This document shows, piece by piece, positions 39,729 to 50,279 of a DNA stretch of 64,000 bases. The stretch's first letter is position 1; the number at the start of each line of letters is the position of its first letter. Source of the stretch: an uncultured virus (IMG/VR IMGVR_UViG_3300002219_000133). Taxonomy: Duplodnaviria; Heunggongvirae; Uroviricota; Caudoviricetes. The position numbers were made by a program, and so were the translations under genes. The stretch lies in the IMG/VR virus record IMGVR_UViG_3300002219_000133. One strand, written 5' to 3'. Under the pieces are notes generated by a model. The model was given only the letters and a program-made list of their open reading frames with translations, was not told where the DNA came from and ran no database searches.

Positions 39729-41561
39729 ATGAAAAAAGCAGATAAGATACGTTATATTGAATCAGATATTGAATACGTTCTAACAAGACCAAGTTTGTAT
39801 ATAGGTTCAATACAGCCGAATCAATTAGACACATATTTGTTAGAAGATAATAAATTTGTTAAGAAAAGCATCGAATATATTCCAGCATTTTTAAAACTAT
39901 TCGATGAATTGATAACTAATAGCACCGATGAAGCAATTAAAACCAACTTCGTTTATGCTAATAAAATAGAGGTGAATATTGATGTTCATGGCAGAATTGG
40001 CATTACTGACAATGGTCGGGGATTATCTTCAGATATTGAAGAAAACACTAAGTTACCTCAAGCTGTAATTGCTTTCACAAAATTAAAAGCGGGTTCAAAC
40101 TTTGATGGAGATAGAATTGGAGCTGGACAAAACGGTGTTGGAGCATCATTGGTTAATATCTTCAGCAAAGATTTTATTGTGGACACGTCTGATGGTGAAA
40201 AGAAGACCCTTCTTCATTGTGAAAATAACCTCTCCATAATAAACCATTCCCAACGAAAGAATTCACAACAATACACATCTATTTCATATTTAGCGGATTT
40301 TGAAAAGCTGAATATGACACATCTTGATGATGTTCATAAATCATTAATCGAAAAACGTATTATCAATATGTCACTCTGTTTTCCAGAAATAACTTTTACT
40401 TACAATGGAAAGAAACTTCCAAAGTTATCATTAAGAGATTATGTTAAAATGTTCGATTCTGATCCAATTATTTTTCAAGATACATCAGAATTCGTCGACA
40501 TAGTAATAGTTCCATTTCAGCAATCATCAGAAGTAATATCATTTGTTAATGGTGTTGATACAACAAAACATGGTCAGCATTTAACATTGTTTAATACTCT
40601 TTTAAATAAAGCTCTGAAAGAAAATAAAAAGACTGCTGATATATCATTAACGCAGTTTTTGACAAATTGCAAAGTTTTTATTCTACTAAAGAAAATTAAA
40701 AATGCTTCATTCTCAGCTCAAATAAAAGATGAACTAACAAATCCTTATAATGAAATAAAATCATATTTTAATAATGATTTTGACAAGCTTCTTTCAAACA
40801 TGCTCAAGAATAAAGAATTTTATGAAGCGGTTAAAAACTATGCAGATGCTATTAAAAATTTGAATGATAGAAAGTCATTAGAAAAAGATGAAAAAAAATT
40901 AAAGAAACTTAAAGTTGCAAAGTTCATTCCTTCAATAAGTTCGAAACTTGAATATTGTAATTTTTATATTTGTGAAGGTGATTCGGCTATTGGGCAGCTC
41001 ATCAATGTTAGAAATAATTTTACCGCCGGCTATCCATTAAGAGGAAAAGTAATTAACCCAAGAACATCATCAGCGAAAAAATTATTAGATAATGAAAATA
41101 TTTGTGATCTTGTAGCTCTGCTTGGTTTAAAATTATCTTCACCATCAATTGAAAATTTTAAGTATAGAGCCATTTATATTTTAACCGATGCTGATACTGA
41201 TGGCGATTGTATTGCCGCTCAACTTTTGAATATATTTTATACGTATTGGCCAGATCTTATAAATAAAGGAAAAGTATTTCGAGTTATATCTCCATTGATA
41301 ATTGCAAAGCATAATCAAACGAAACAAGTTGACAATTTTTATTCTTTAACCGATTTTTATACAAAACAAACAGAATATAGTATATTGGAATACAACAAAG
41401 GGCTAGGCTCTTTATCTCAAGAAGAATATAAAAAATTGATTGATAATCCAAAGTTGGTAAAGTTTTCACACACGGATTGCACCGAGCAAAAGTTAGAAAT
41501 GTTATTTGGAAAAAATTCAGCTGATGAACGAAAGGATTGGTTATCAAATGATGAAGAATAA
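39729..41561 (+). CDS. gp39: DNA topoisomerase II large subunit (fused gp39+gp60, GyrB-like)
   Basis: RPSLYIGS, ELITNSTD, DNGRG, GQNGVGA, CEGDSA, PLRGK, TDADTDG, KGLGS. Confidence 0.94.
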   Translation: MKKADKIRYIESDIEYVLTRPSLYIGSIQPNQLDTYLLEDNKFVKKSIEYIPAFLKLFDELITNSTDEAIKTNFVYANKIEVNIDVHGRIGITDNGRGLSSDIEENTKLPQAVIAFTKLKAGSNFDGDRIGAGQNGVGASLVNIFSKDFIVDTSDGEKKTLLHCENNLSIINHSQRKNSQQYTSISYLADFEKLNMTHLDDVHKSLIEKRIINMSLCFPEITFTYNGKKLPKLSLRDYVKMFDSDPIIFQDTSEFVDIVIVPFQQSSEVISFVNGVDTTKHGQHLTLFNTLLNKALKENKKTADISLTQFLTNCKVFILLKKIKNASFSAQIKDELTNPYNEIKSYFNNDFDKLLSNMLKNKEFYEAVKNYADAIKNLNDRKSLEKDEKKLKKLKVAKFIPSISSKLEYCNFYICEGDSAIGQLINVRNNFTAGYPLRGKVINPRTSSAKKLLDNENICDLVALLGLKLSSPSIENFKYRAIYILTDADTDGDCIAAQLLNIFYTYWPDLINKGKVFRVISPLIIAKHNQTKQVDNFYSLTDFYTKQTEYSILEYNKGLGSLSQEEYKKLIDNPKLVKFSHTDCTEQKLEMLFGKNSADERKDWLSNDEE

Positions 41562-41931
41562 AAGAGGTTATGCAGCGTTATTTATTGTTCCGTCAGTTGT
41601 ATGTATTTTTGCTTTTGCAGCACTTATTTATGAAAGAATTGTAGAAATCGAAACATTGAAAGCTAAATGTATAAAATATGGATATGCGCAAATGGTATCT
41701 ATTGATAATAAAATTGTATTTAAATTTATGAAAGAATTAGAAGGAGAAAAGAAGTAAAGTGGCTGAGAATCATAATATGATTGAATGCTTTTGCGATGAA
41801 TGCTATGAAAATTTTTGGTCTTATATTGGAAAAGATATCTGTCCAGTATGTGAGAAATTGTTATCTGATAAAAGATATGAAGAAACGAATAAATTTGAAA
41901 AGATTAAAAAAACTACAAGGAGCATTGAACA

Positions 41932-43905
41932 ATGAATTGGTTTACTGATATTGATAATAGATTAGCCATAATGCGTCAATATTGTATTGATGCTTCTAAT
42001 GCTGATTGCACGCCAGTAAACAAAGCAAACTCAATCGCTTCATACGAAGCTCAATTTGATGAATTAGAATCGAAGATAGCAGCATATAAAGCAAATACAA
42101 TGTTAAAAGAATCCCAGATGGTCGACATCATAATTTCAGATTTTACAAATGTAATTATATCTGATGTTACTTATGATCCACCTATTTTTAAGCCCTCTTC
42201 GCCATATCCTGTTGGGTATTCGGATTATTGGGATATGTATAAAATGAATGGTCTTGTTGATGCTATTCTAGGGTATGTTGATTCATATTTTTATGAAGGA
42301 TGTATATTAGGAATTCTTGGAACAACAATGAAACTGCAAGCCGCAATTATGACTGCAAATATGGCCGAATCTGCAGATTCAATGCTTAGAACTCAGATGA
42401 TCGATTTTGGAAGATCATTTTCTTTGTTAAACACTTTAATCTATTTGACAGAAAATTTTAATCTAACAGGTTCATTTAAAATGAAGACAGAAGTTAGTGA
42501 AAACATATATGTGAATAAGCATGCTAGAGAGATTATAGATTCATTTAACTTAGATGTTTACATTCCTAGTTACATCATTTAAGAGATAAAACATGAGAAA
42601 TAAAGATTATGAAATATTCGCAAATAACAATTTTTATGCTGTAATTGAATCAAAAACTAATTACTTAATTAATAAATATGGTTTTATAAAACATCCAAAT
42701 AATGAGAAGATGCTGGTAAAAAATGATTTAGTAATTATGATCGATATGTTATATAATTATAGTAGAGAAAAGCTAGATGTTTTAGAATTTTTGGCTCATA
42801 ACAATTTTGTGAATGATCCATTTTTTATTAAAGGCTTTATCAATGAATTTGTTCAAATGAGTTATGATGATGTTCATAATTATGAATATTGCGAATTGAT
42901 TGAAATGTATAGATATGCTCGTGAACAGTTTTATGCAGACAAAAAATTAACTGAGGTGACTATATGAAAATTACTGAATACCGAAAATTTGTTACTAATA
43001 AACTTAGAGCCAATGATATTGGACCAATTAGGAATTATCTCGTTAGATATTCTGAAATAAATGATGTTAGAGCTAAATTAGTATATGATGAACAAAATTC
43101 TAACTGGAAGTTAATTCCATCTAAAATTAATCATAATAATAAAACATTTGATTTGATGGCTATGCTGACTAAACATGAAGATATTGGTCCATTACTAACA
43201 TTCTTGATCAAAACACATTCCTATGATGTTATATTTCAAATTCCTGAAATGAGCCGATTTCCAAACATTTATGCGTTTCTCGAAGAAAATGAAACAGCTA
43301 TAAAACTTGTTGCTGAATATAATGAGACAAATAAAATAGTTGCTCACACGTGTTTTGATATTAGTCAATTCATTATTGAATTAACAGATATTGAAGATGA
43401 AAATCATCTATTACAGGTAATGGAAAAATTGGATTCTATTGGTTCTGGATTTGATGGCGTAGAATTGGTTGATTATACAAATAATAAAATTGTATTCATA
43501 CCATCTCACTCATATATTTTGATGGATACAATTCACTCTAGTCGTGATATATTTGGGCCACAGTATTTCGCATTTGAACTTATAAAAAGAAGTGAAGCAA
43601 CGATCTATAATGAAATTATAAATGACGTCATTATGAAAGATGCCACCGAATATGTATTGAATACCGTTTTAAAAGAAGTGTTTGTTATATTTCAAAATGG
43701 CATGAATGTTTCAAATACACAGATTATGAATATTGCATTGGATAAAATAGCTAAAATGCCAGACGAAATAAAACAACTTTTTAATGATTGTCTTGGCCAA
43801 CTATCAGAAACAAGACTCTCTTCTAGCATTATTATTTGGCGTCAACTTCTTGAAAAAGATATTGATTATTCAAGCTTATTTAATGCTTATTCTGCTATAT
43901 CTTAA
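41932..43905 (+). other. Three hypothetical genes (41932-42582, 42593-42967, 42964-43905)
   Basis: Long coupled ORFs with no motif I can assign. Confidence 0.55.
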
Positions 43906-43919
43906 TTATTAAAATTTCT

Positions 43920-43956
43920 AAATACGTGGTATTATAAATAATACCACGTATTTTTT
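43920..43956 (+). promoter_or_regulatory. Terminator-like hairpin with T4 late-promoter consensus TATAAATA across the loop
   Basis: AAATACGTGGTATT-ATAAAT-AATACCACGTATTT TTT; TATAAATA at 43933-43940. Confidence 0.65.
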
Positions 43957-43975
43957 ATATCTGAAAGGAACCGCA

Positions 43976-46588
43976 ATGTTCTATACATTTGTTGGAAAAA
44001 AAGGAAATGAAATTCATCATATTGGATATGATAAAGGGAAAAAGTTTCATTATAAAGAAAGTTTCAAACCATCAGTCTATTATGAGATAAGTAAAACTAG
44101 TGACATCTTCGCATTGGATAGAACCCCGTTAAGACAGAAAACATTCGAAAATTTAACTGAATATTATAAATTTACAAATCAGAATAAAGACTTAATTCAA
44201 TTATACGGGCACATTGATCCAACGCATCAATTCATAGCCGCAAATTATAAATCTCCTATAGAATTTAAACAGAGCGACATAAGAATTTGGTCACTAGACA
44301 TTGAAGTCAATTCAAAAGAAGGCTTTCCATATCCATTCGAAGCAAAATGGCCAATTACGTCTATTAGTATTTATGATTCAAAACGAAACGAATACTTAGT
44401 ATTTTGTTTAAAAGATTATGAGTATGATACGGAGCGTTTACCACTGAATACTAATAAAGTTTCGGTTAAAGTTTGTCAAACGGAAAAAGAATTGATAATC
44501 AACTTTATTAAACTTATTCAACATCTTAGACCCGATATATGGATCGCTCATAATGGCGATGGATTTGACTTTCCATATATTGTCAACAGAACTGAAAACA
44601 TTGGTCTGAATAAAAACGATTTATCACCAATTGGCAAAGCAAACTCAAAATATACTGAAATTGAAGATAAGTTTACATCTGGAAAAGATGAATATCGTAC
44701 ATCAATTGATGGAATATCTCTTTTAGATAATTTAAAATTGTATAAAAAATACGTATCAGATCCTCGTGAATCATATTCACTATCTAATCTTGCTGTTGAA
44801 GATTTAAATATGGACAAATTAAATTATGAAGAATATGATAATCTTACTCAATTGTATGAATTAGATCATACGAAATTTGTGGATTATAACATAGTTGATG
44901 TGCATTTGATGGTTATGCTTAATAAGAAAAGACGTTACATTGATATTCATATTCGAAATACTTATAAAGCCAAGGCAGCCAATTTTGAAGAATGTATGTC
45001 GCCAATTAAACTATGGGACATTTACATCTATCATTCATTATCTGAAAAGAATGTACAAATTCCACCATTGAAATCAGATGTTACAAAATTTGCATATCCT
45101 GGTGCATGGGTAGTTGAACCGGTTATAGACTTATTGCAATGGGTAGTAACATTTGACTTGAACAGTCTATATCCACATATTCACATGCAATGGAACATAT
45201 CACCAGAAATGCTTGTAGAAGATTTGACTGTAACCGATTGGCTTCAGTCTTTGAGTGAATCTGAAATTGATGAATATATTAAAAAATCTAAATCTCAAAA
45301 ACAAATCAAATTTTTAAAAGAATTAAAAGAACTTAATAATCTTGGATATTCGATTATACCTATAGATCGAGAACAATTGGATGATAGAATATTGAATAAA
45401 CTAATTCCAACTCATCCAGATTATATTATGACGGCAAATGGATTTTATTTTAAAAAAGATGATGTTGGCTGCATTCCAAAACTATTAAAAGAAAATTATG
45501 CTGAACGCAAAGCAATCAAGAAAGAAATGGAATTATTAAAAGCTAAACAGGATAAAGCTTTTGATGATCAGCTTTCTGGAATGTATGTTGCTGAACAAGG
45601 CATCAAGATTATGATGAACTCAGAATATGGTGCATTAGCGAATGAGTTTTTTAGATATTGCCGATATGAGCTTCCATCTTCAATAACGATGAATGGACAA
45701 TTAGTTTTAAAAACACTTATAAATGCTTTGACAGCTAAGTATGGTGAAGAAATAATCTTGTGCGCTGGTGATACCGATTCAATTCTAATTTCGGTTGCGC
45801 CATTAGTTAAAAAACATTGTAATGGATTTACTGCAGATCAAATTATTGATTGGATCCAAACATTTGCTAATACAGAATTTCAGCAGCTAATAAATGATAC
45901 ATACCAGGATTTGTCAGAATATGTTGGCGCTCCAGAAAATTATATGAAAATGAGTTGCGAAAAAATTATATCTAATGCTTTCTGGACAGCAAAGAAACAT
46001 TATGCATATCGATTAGTGGTTGAAGATGGTATTAAATTAAATACTCCGAAATTTGGATATAAAGGACTTGAGTGTGTTAAGTCTAGCATTCCCAGAGCAA
46101 TTCGAGCAATGCAAAAAGAAACGATTCAAACTATATTAACTAATAAAGAAGATTTATATAATGTTGTTAATAGATGTAAAGAAAAAATAATGGCTCTTTC
46201 TCCAGAAGATATAGCATTGCCGAAAACATGTAATGGATTATACAAATATGCAGATGGCAAAGGTGGATGGATAAAAGGCGCTCAAGCTCATGTTAAGGCT
46301 GCGATGAATTACAATAAATATGTATTAAATAATAAACTAATCAATCAGTATTCATTGATAAAAGATGGTGAAAAAATTAGATTTGTTTGGATGAAGCAAC
46401 CTAATACACTTAATGCTGAAACATTTGGATTTATCAATAGATTGCCAAAAGATAATATGATTCTTGACTTTATTGATTACGGAACAATGTATGAAAAGAC
46501 TTATGGTAAAATTATTGATGATATGTGTGAAAGATTAAATATTCAAAACTTATTATCAACAACGAATTCATTAGATGATTTTTTCTAA
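43976..46588 (+). CDS. gp43: Family B DNA polymerase
   Basis: Exonuclease DIEV, HNGDGFDFPY, YNIVDV; polymerase DLNSLYP, KIMMNSEYG, GDTDS, KKHY; C-terminal clamp-binding SLDDFF. Confidence 0.96.
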   Translation: MFYTFVGKKGNEIHHIGYDKGKKFHYKESFKPSVYYEISKTSDIFALDRTPLRQKTFENLTEYYKFTNQNKDLIQLYGHIDPTHQFIAANYKSPIEFKQSDIRIWSLDIEVNSKEGFPYPFEAKWPITSISIYDSKRNEYLVFCLKDYEYDTERLPLNTNKVSVKVCQTEKELIINFIKLIQHLRPDIWIAHNGDGFDFPYIVNRTENIGLNKNDLSPIGKANSKYTEIEDKFTSGKDEYRTSIDGISLLDNLKLYKKYVSDPRESYSLSNLAVEDLNMDKLNYEEYDNLTQLYELDHTKFVDYNIVDVHLMVMLNKKRRYIDIHIRNTYKAKAANFEECMSPIKLWDIYIYHSLSEKNVQIPPLKSDVTKFAYPGAWVVEPVIDLLQWVVTFDLNSLYPHIHMQWNISPEMLVEDLTVTDWLQSLSESEIDEYIKKSKSQKQIKFLKELKELNNLGYSIIPIDREQLDDRILNKLIPTHPDYIMTANGFYFKKDDVGCIPKLLKENYAERKAIKKEMELLKAKQDKAFDDQLSGMYVAEQGIKIMMNSEYGALANEFFRYCRYELPSSITMNGQLVLKTLINALTAKYGEEIILCAGDTDSILISVAPLVKKHCNGFTADQIIDWIQTFANTEFQQLINDTYQDLSEYVGAPENYMKMSCEKIISNAFWTAKKHYAYRLVVEDGIKLNTPKFGYKGLECVKSSIPRAIRAMQKETIQTILTNKEDLYNVVNRCKEKIMALSPEDIALPKTCNGLYKYADGKGGWIKGAQAHVKAAMNYNKYVLNNKLINQYSLIKDGEKIRFVWMKQPNTLNAETFGFINRLPKDNMILDFIDYGTMYEKTYGKIIDDMCERLNIQNLLSTTNSLDDFF

Positions 46589-46600
46589 AGGGAGAAAACG

Positions 46601-47224
46601 ATGATTACAAAAGAAATGCTTGATTATTATATGGAGCGAACAAATAAACACATTAGTCTAGTGAAAGATGTGTTTTATAAGAGCTATTTAAAATTGGATC
46701 TACATTATACCGAATTGCTAAACTTATCTGATGAAATAGAATGTCACGATAAAACCAAATTCAGCAAAGAACTTATGTTTCATTATATATTGATCACTTG
46801 GAATTATAAATGTATAAGAGAAGGTATTGATTTTATTATTCCAAACAACATAGCAATGGAAATGACAAAAGCAACTGAACTACATTGTAAATTAGAAAAA
46901 CATCATCCTGAATATTGGTCATCTCAGACAAATGTCGTAAATCCAGATAATAGAGATGTTCCATTAAAATGTATTAATGTTACTAATATGAATAAGCTTT
47001 CTATGATTCAGATGGTTATTGATTGGTGCGCTGTAAGTATTGAACGAAACAATACACCAATGAGTTGGTTCAAATCAAATTTAAACGTTAGATGGCATTT
47101 TAATGAAGATCAAGTTCAATTTATTAATAAAATGATAGATATTTTTTGGAGGCCTTATGCAAAAATGGTACGAAATAATATTCGAAGGAAAAGGATACGT
47201 TGGTTTAAAAGTCTGCAAAGATGA
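46601..47224 (+). CDS. HD-like metal-dependent phosphohydrolase (DUF5662-like)
   Basis: T.KHI..V, HDKTKFS, H...EKHHPEYW, MVIDWCA. Confidence 0.65.
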   Translation: MITKEMLDYYMERTNKHISLVKDVFYKSYLKLDLHYTELLNLSDEIECHDKTKFSKELMFHYILITWNYKCIREGIDFIIPNNIAMEMTKATELHCKLEKHHPEYWSSQTNVVNPDNRDVPLKCINVTNMNKLSMIQMVIDWCAVSIERNNTPMSWFKSNLNVRWHFNEDQVQFINKMIDIFWRPYAKMVRNNIRRKRIRWFKSLQR

Positions 47225-47630
47225 TGTTATTCGAATCACTAATATTCTTAGTGAAATTGGAATTGATGTTCCGTTAGAAGGTCTTCATGTAACATTAATA
47301 TACGATAAGACGAATCCAGATATTAATTACAAGCCGGATATTAAAAAATATGTTGCATATCCAATTGATATTCATGTGATGGGAAAACCTTCATCAGACT
47401 TCTATTCGATAGCTCTAATACTTGTTTCTGATGAATTAATAAGCAAATTTAATTCTCTTAAAGAAACTGGATTTAAACATTCATATTCAGAATTTGTTCC
47501 TCATGTTTCGTTGATATATAAACCTACAGAAGATCAGATAAATACTATTTTGACAAATAAGGACTATATTATACATAGTCTCAAATCAATTTCGTTTGAT
47601 TCTGAATGGAATGAAGAATTGCACTCTTAA
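47157..47630 (+). CDS. 2H phosphoesterase, T4 gp57B/Acb1 (anti-CBASS)-like
   Basis: GYVGL, LHVTLIY and HSYSEFVPHVSLIY (two HxT/S motifs); about 157 aa. Confidence 0.75.
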   Translation: MQKWYEIIFEGKGYVGLKVCKDDVIRITNILSEIGIDVPLEGLHVTLIYDKTNPDINYKPDIKKYVAYPIDIHVMGKPSSDFYSIALILVSDELISKFNSLKETGFKHSYSEFVPHVSLIYKPTEDQINTILTNKDYIIHSLKSISFDSEWNEELHS

Positions 47631-47697
47631 ATATTAAAAAAAATATTGTTGTAGTATAATTGTTATATCAAATAAATACATTCGAAAGGGAAACTAT

Positions 47698-48042
47698 ATG
47701 GGTAGAAATGCCGGATATGGGCAGAGACCGACAACTAGAGTTAAATCAAAAATCAATTGGATTGAATATGATATTAATTGGTTTGCTATGGCTAAATCAA
47801 ATTGCCCGAAATGCTATGGCCGTGGATATGAAGGTTTTGAAGTTCAAACGGAAGATGAAATTGCGAATAACGATGAAAAAACTAAATTGCTTTGTGATTG
47901 CGTGGCTAAAAAGTGGACAACTATGAGCGATGAAGAAAGATTGACATATGCAACAAGAAAAGAAAATGCTGATGAAATCGTGATAAAAGCAAAGGAAGAA
48001 CTTCAAAGAGTAATTGAAGAAGAAAAAGAAAAAGTAGCATAA
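47698..48042 (+). CDS. Zinc-finger protein (DnaJ-type CxxCxGxG)
   Basis: CPKCYGRG ... LCDC. Confidence 0.55.
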   Translation: MGRNAGYGQRPTTRVKSKINWIEYDINWFAMAKSNCPKCYGRGYEGFEVQTEDEIANNDEKTKLLCDCVAKKWTTMSDEERLTYATRKENADEIVIKAKEELQRVIEEEKEKVA

Positions 48043-48053
48043 TTTAATTTATT

Positions 48054-48127
48054 AAAAAAATAGATAACATTTTTATAGTGTTATCTATTTTTTTTTTGTT
48101 TACATTTTTAAAATTATATGGTAAGAT
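48054..48127 (+). promoter_or_regulatory. Terminator followed by an early-type promoter
   Basis: ATAGATAACA(T)...(G)TGTTATCTAT stem plus T run, then GTTTACA-17 bp-TAAGAT. Confidence 0.72.
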
Positions 48128-48343
48128 AAATTCATAAGGAGATTTAAAAATGCTTACAAAATCAAATGGAAAGACAAAAGATACACGAGGGTGCGAGTTT
48201 CATTATCAGCGTCTCCATACAAGACAATTCAATGCATCTAAATGTATTACGGAAGAATTTTCATTATATGTATGCATTGAATTTCCATCAGTAACGTCTA
48301 ATTCTTTGAAAGAACTTAAAATAAAAATGGGGGAGATTTGAAA

Positions 48344-49192
48344 ATGAATATTTTCGATTTTAGCGAAAAACTGAACAAAGAAATTGGTGGAGTCTTATAC
48401 TTTGTTGGAGGCTGCGTTAGAGATTCAGCAATGAATATTATTAACTTTAGAAGCAATAAACCGGCAGTCATATCGAAAGATCTTGATTGCGAGCTTTTTA
48501 ATTGTACAATTATAGATTTTGAACTATTTTTGTGCAGTAATAATATTCCATTTGATATTGAGCCAGAATCCAAGTTCCCAGTCTACAGAGTTAATATAGC
48601 TGATGAAATAATAGAAATTGGATTTCCTAGAAAAGATAATAAAACAGGAAATAAACATACTGACTTTTCAGTTGAAGTTGATCCATTTATGAGCATAAAA
48701 GAAGCCGCAAGACGAAGAGATTTTACTTGCAATGCTATTCTTCAACGGATAGATAAACGAGAATGTCTCCATGATGATCCATTTAATGGTATTGAAGATA
48801 TTCGTTATAACACGCTAAGACCCGTCGATGTTAATACCTTTAAGGAAGATCCATTGAGATTGTTTCGAGCATTCCAGTTGATAGCTAGATTTGGTTTCAA
48901 CTTTGAAGAAGTATTAAAAATAATTGATCAAGATTTTTTAGAATCGACAAAGCATTTATCCAAAGATTCGATATTTAAAGAATTTGAAAAGGCAATTTTA
49001 CACGGTAAATCTAATCATATATCCAAAGCATTAGACTTCTTAAAAGAATCTGGTCTATTAAAGCTTCATTTTCCAGAATTAGATTTGTTAAGCTCATGTG
49101 AACAATCACCAAAGCATCATAAAGAAGGAAATGTCTGGAACCATACAAAAGCTGTTGTTGCTGAAGTTATGAAAATATTTGAAGAGGAATAA
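48344..49192 (+). CDS. cca: CCA-adding tRNA nucleotidyltransferase, N-terminal part (NTase + body + start of HD domain)
   Basis: VGGCVRD, KDLDCE, RRRDFTCNA, DPFNG, EDPLRLFRAFQLIARF; ends just after HHKEGNVWNHT. Confidence 0.9.
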   Translation: MNIFDFSEKLNKEIGGVLYFVGGCVRDSAMNIINFRSNKPAVISKDLDCELFNCTIIDFELFLCSNNIPFDIEPESKFPVYRVNIADEIIEIGFPRKDNKTGNKHTDFSVEVDPFMSIKEAARRRDFTCNAILQRIDKRECLHDDPFNGIEDIRYNTLRPVDVNTFKEDPLRLFRAFQLIARFGFNFEEVLKIIDQDFLESTKHLSKDSIFKEFEKAILHGKSNHISKALDFLKESGLLKLHFPELDLLSSCEQSPKHHKEGNVWNHTKAVVAEVMKIFEEE

Positions 49193-49194
49193 AA

Positions 49195-49542
49195 ATGAAA
49201 GTATTATATGAATACCATTTACAAACAAATCTAAATTGGACATGCTATAAAAGAGAAGTTTTTGAAAATACACCAGATAATATTAGAATAATTATTGGAA
49301 AATATTCTAATCAAATATCAGTATCTGAACTAAACAAAATTAGATCTGATTATCATTATTACTCATTACATAGATTATCTGAAGCTGAAGAAAAAGCAAT
49401 TCATCTTATATATCTAAGGTTAAAATCTAAGGCTATTGAATGTAGTCTTAAAGAATTGCATGATGAAATGAATGCAAGGAGAAGTATTATAGAAACTCAT
49501 GAAGATAATGTGTTGATGGAAATAAATAAATTAAAGGAATAG
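49195..49542 (+). CDS. Hypothetical protein
   Basis: ORF coupled to the cca N-terminal gene. Confidence 0.55.
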   Translation: MKVLYEYHLQTNLNWTCYKREVFENTPDNIRIIIGKYSNQISVSELNKIRSDYHYYSLHRLSEAEEKAIHLIYLRLKSKAIECSLKELHDEMNARRSIIETHEDNVLMEINKLKE

Positions 49543-49544
49543 AT

Positions 49545-50228
49545 ATGATACTATTTGTTGGAGATACGCATTGTGATTTCCCATTTTTATCAAAAGCATT
49601 GTCAGTTGCCGCAAACAATAATATAAATAATGTTATTGTTTGCGGCGATTTTGGATATTGGCCAGATGATAATGAGGGTTTTGTTTTTCTTTCATATTTA
49701 AATACATTTATGAAAGAAAAATTTGTTTGTATGAATTTATATTTTGTTGATGGAAATCATGAAGATTTTAAACACATTAAAAAACTTCCTCAAAATAAAG
49801 TTAGCGAAATTCCAGAGGTAGAACGATGTTTCTACATTCCTAGAGGTGTTGTTCATCAAATTGATGGAAAGAATATAATGGGATTCGGCGGAGCATATAG
49901 TATTGATCGTTTATATAGACAAATTGGCGTATCATGGTTTGAAGAAGAGACTATTAAAGATGATGAAATAGAAAGAATCAATAATAACATTCCAATAGAT
50001 ATATTAGTTTGCCATGATGCTCCATTGAATATTCTTGGAACTAATTATAAAAATGATATGCTGTCGCTTTTAAATCGTTTTCAAATTCAAAAAATATGTA
50101 AAATTGTTCAACCAAAAACATTAATTCATGGGCACTATCATATCTTTAAAGAATACACATATAATGATATTGAATGTATTGGATTGGCGCATAATCATTC
50201 TTTGCAACAGAATTGTTTAATAAAATAG
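49545..50228 (+). CDS. Calcineurin-like metallophosphoesterase
   Basis: GDTH, CGDFG, DGNHE, GGAYSID, CHDAP, HGHYH. Confidence 0.88.
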   Translation: MILFVGDTHCDFPFLSKALSVAANNNINNVIVCGDFGYWPDDNEGFVFLSYLNTFMKEKFVCMNLYFVDGNHEDFKHIKKLPQNKVSEIPEVERCFYIPRGVVHQIDGKNIMGFGGAYSIDRLYRQIGVSWFEEETIKDDEIERINNNIPIDILVCHDAPLNILGTNYKNDMLSLLNRFQIQKICKIVQPKTLIHGHYHIFKEYTYNDIECIGLAHNHSLQQNCLIK

Positions 50229-50240
50229 GTCTTAACAAAC

Positions 50241-50277
50241 AAAAATCCCAACTTATTAATTTAAGTTGGGATTTTTT
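50241..50277. terminator. Bidirectional terminator at the +/- convergence point
   Basis: AAAAATCCCAACTTA-TTAATT-TAAGTTGGGATTTTTT, with A and T runs on either side. Confidence 0.85.
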
Positions 50278-50279
50278 AT

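Noticed and set aside
42964..43905. Possible degenerate RNA ligase 1 (FDGVELV...KIVF resembles motifs IV/V)
   Set aside because: No KxDG adenylation motif is present; the resemblance is too weak without a profile search.
15039..46588. Introns or inteins in nrdD, topoisomerase or gp43
   Set aside because: All are continuous, of expected length, and show no intein-like insertion.
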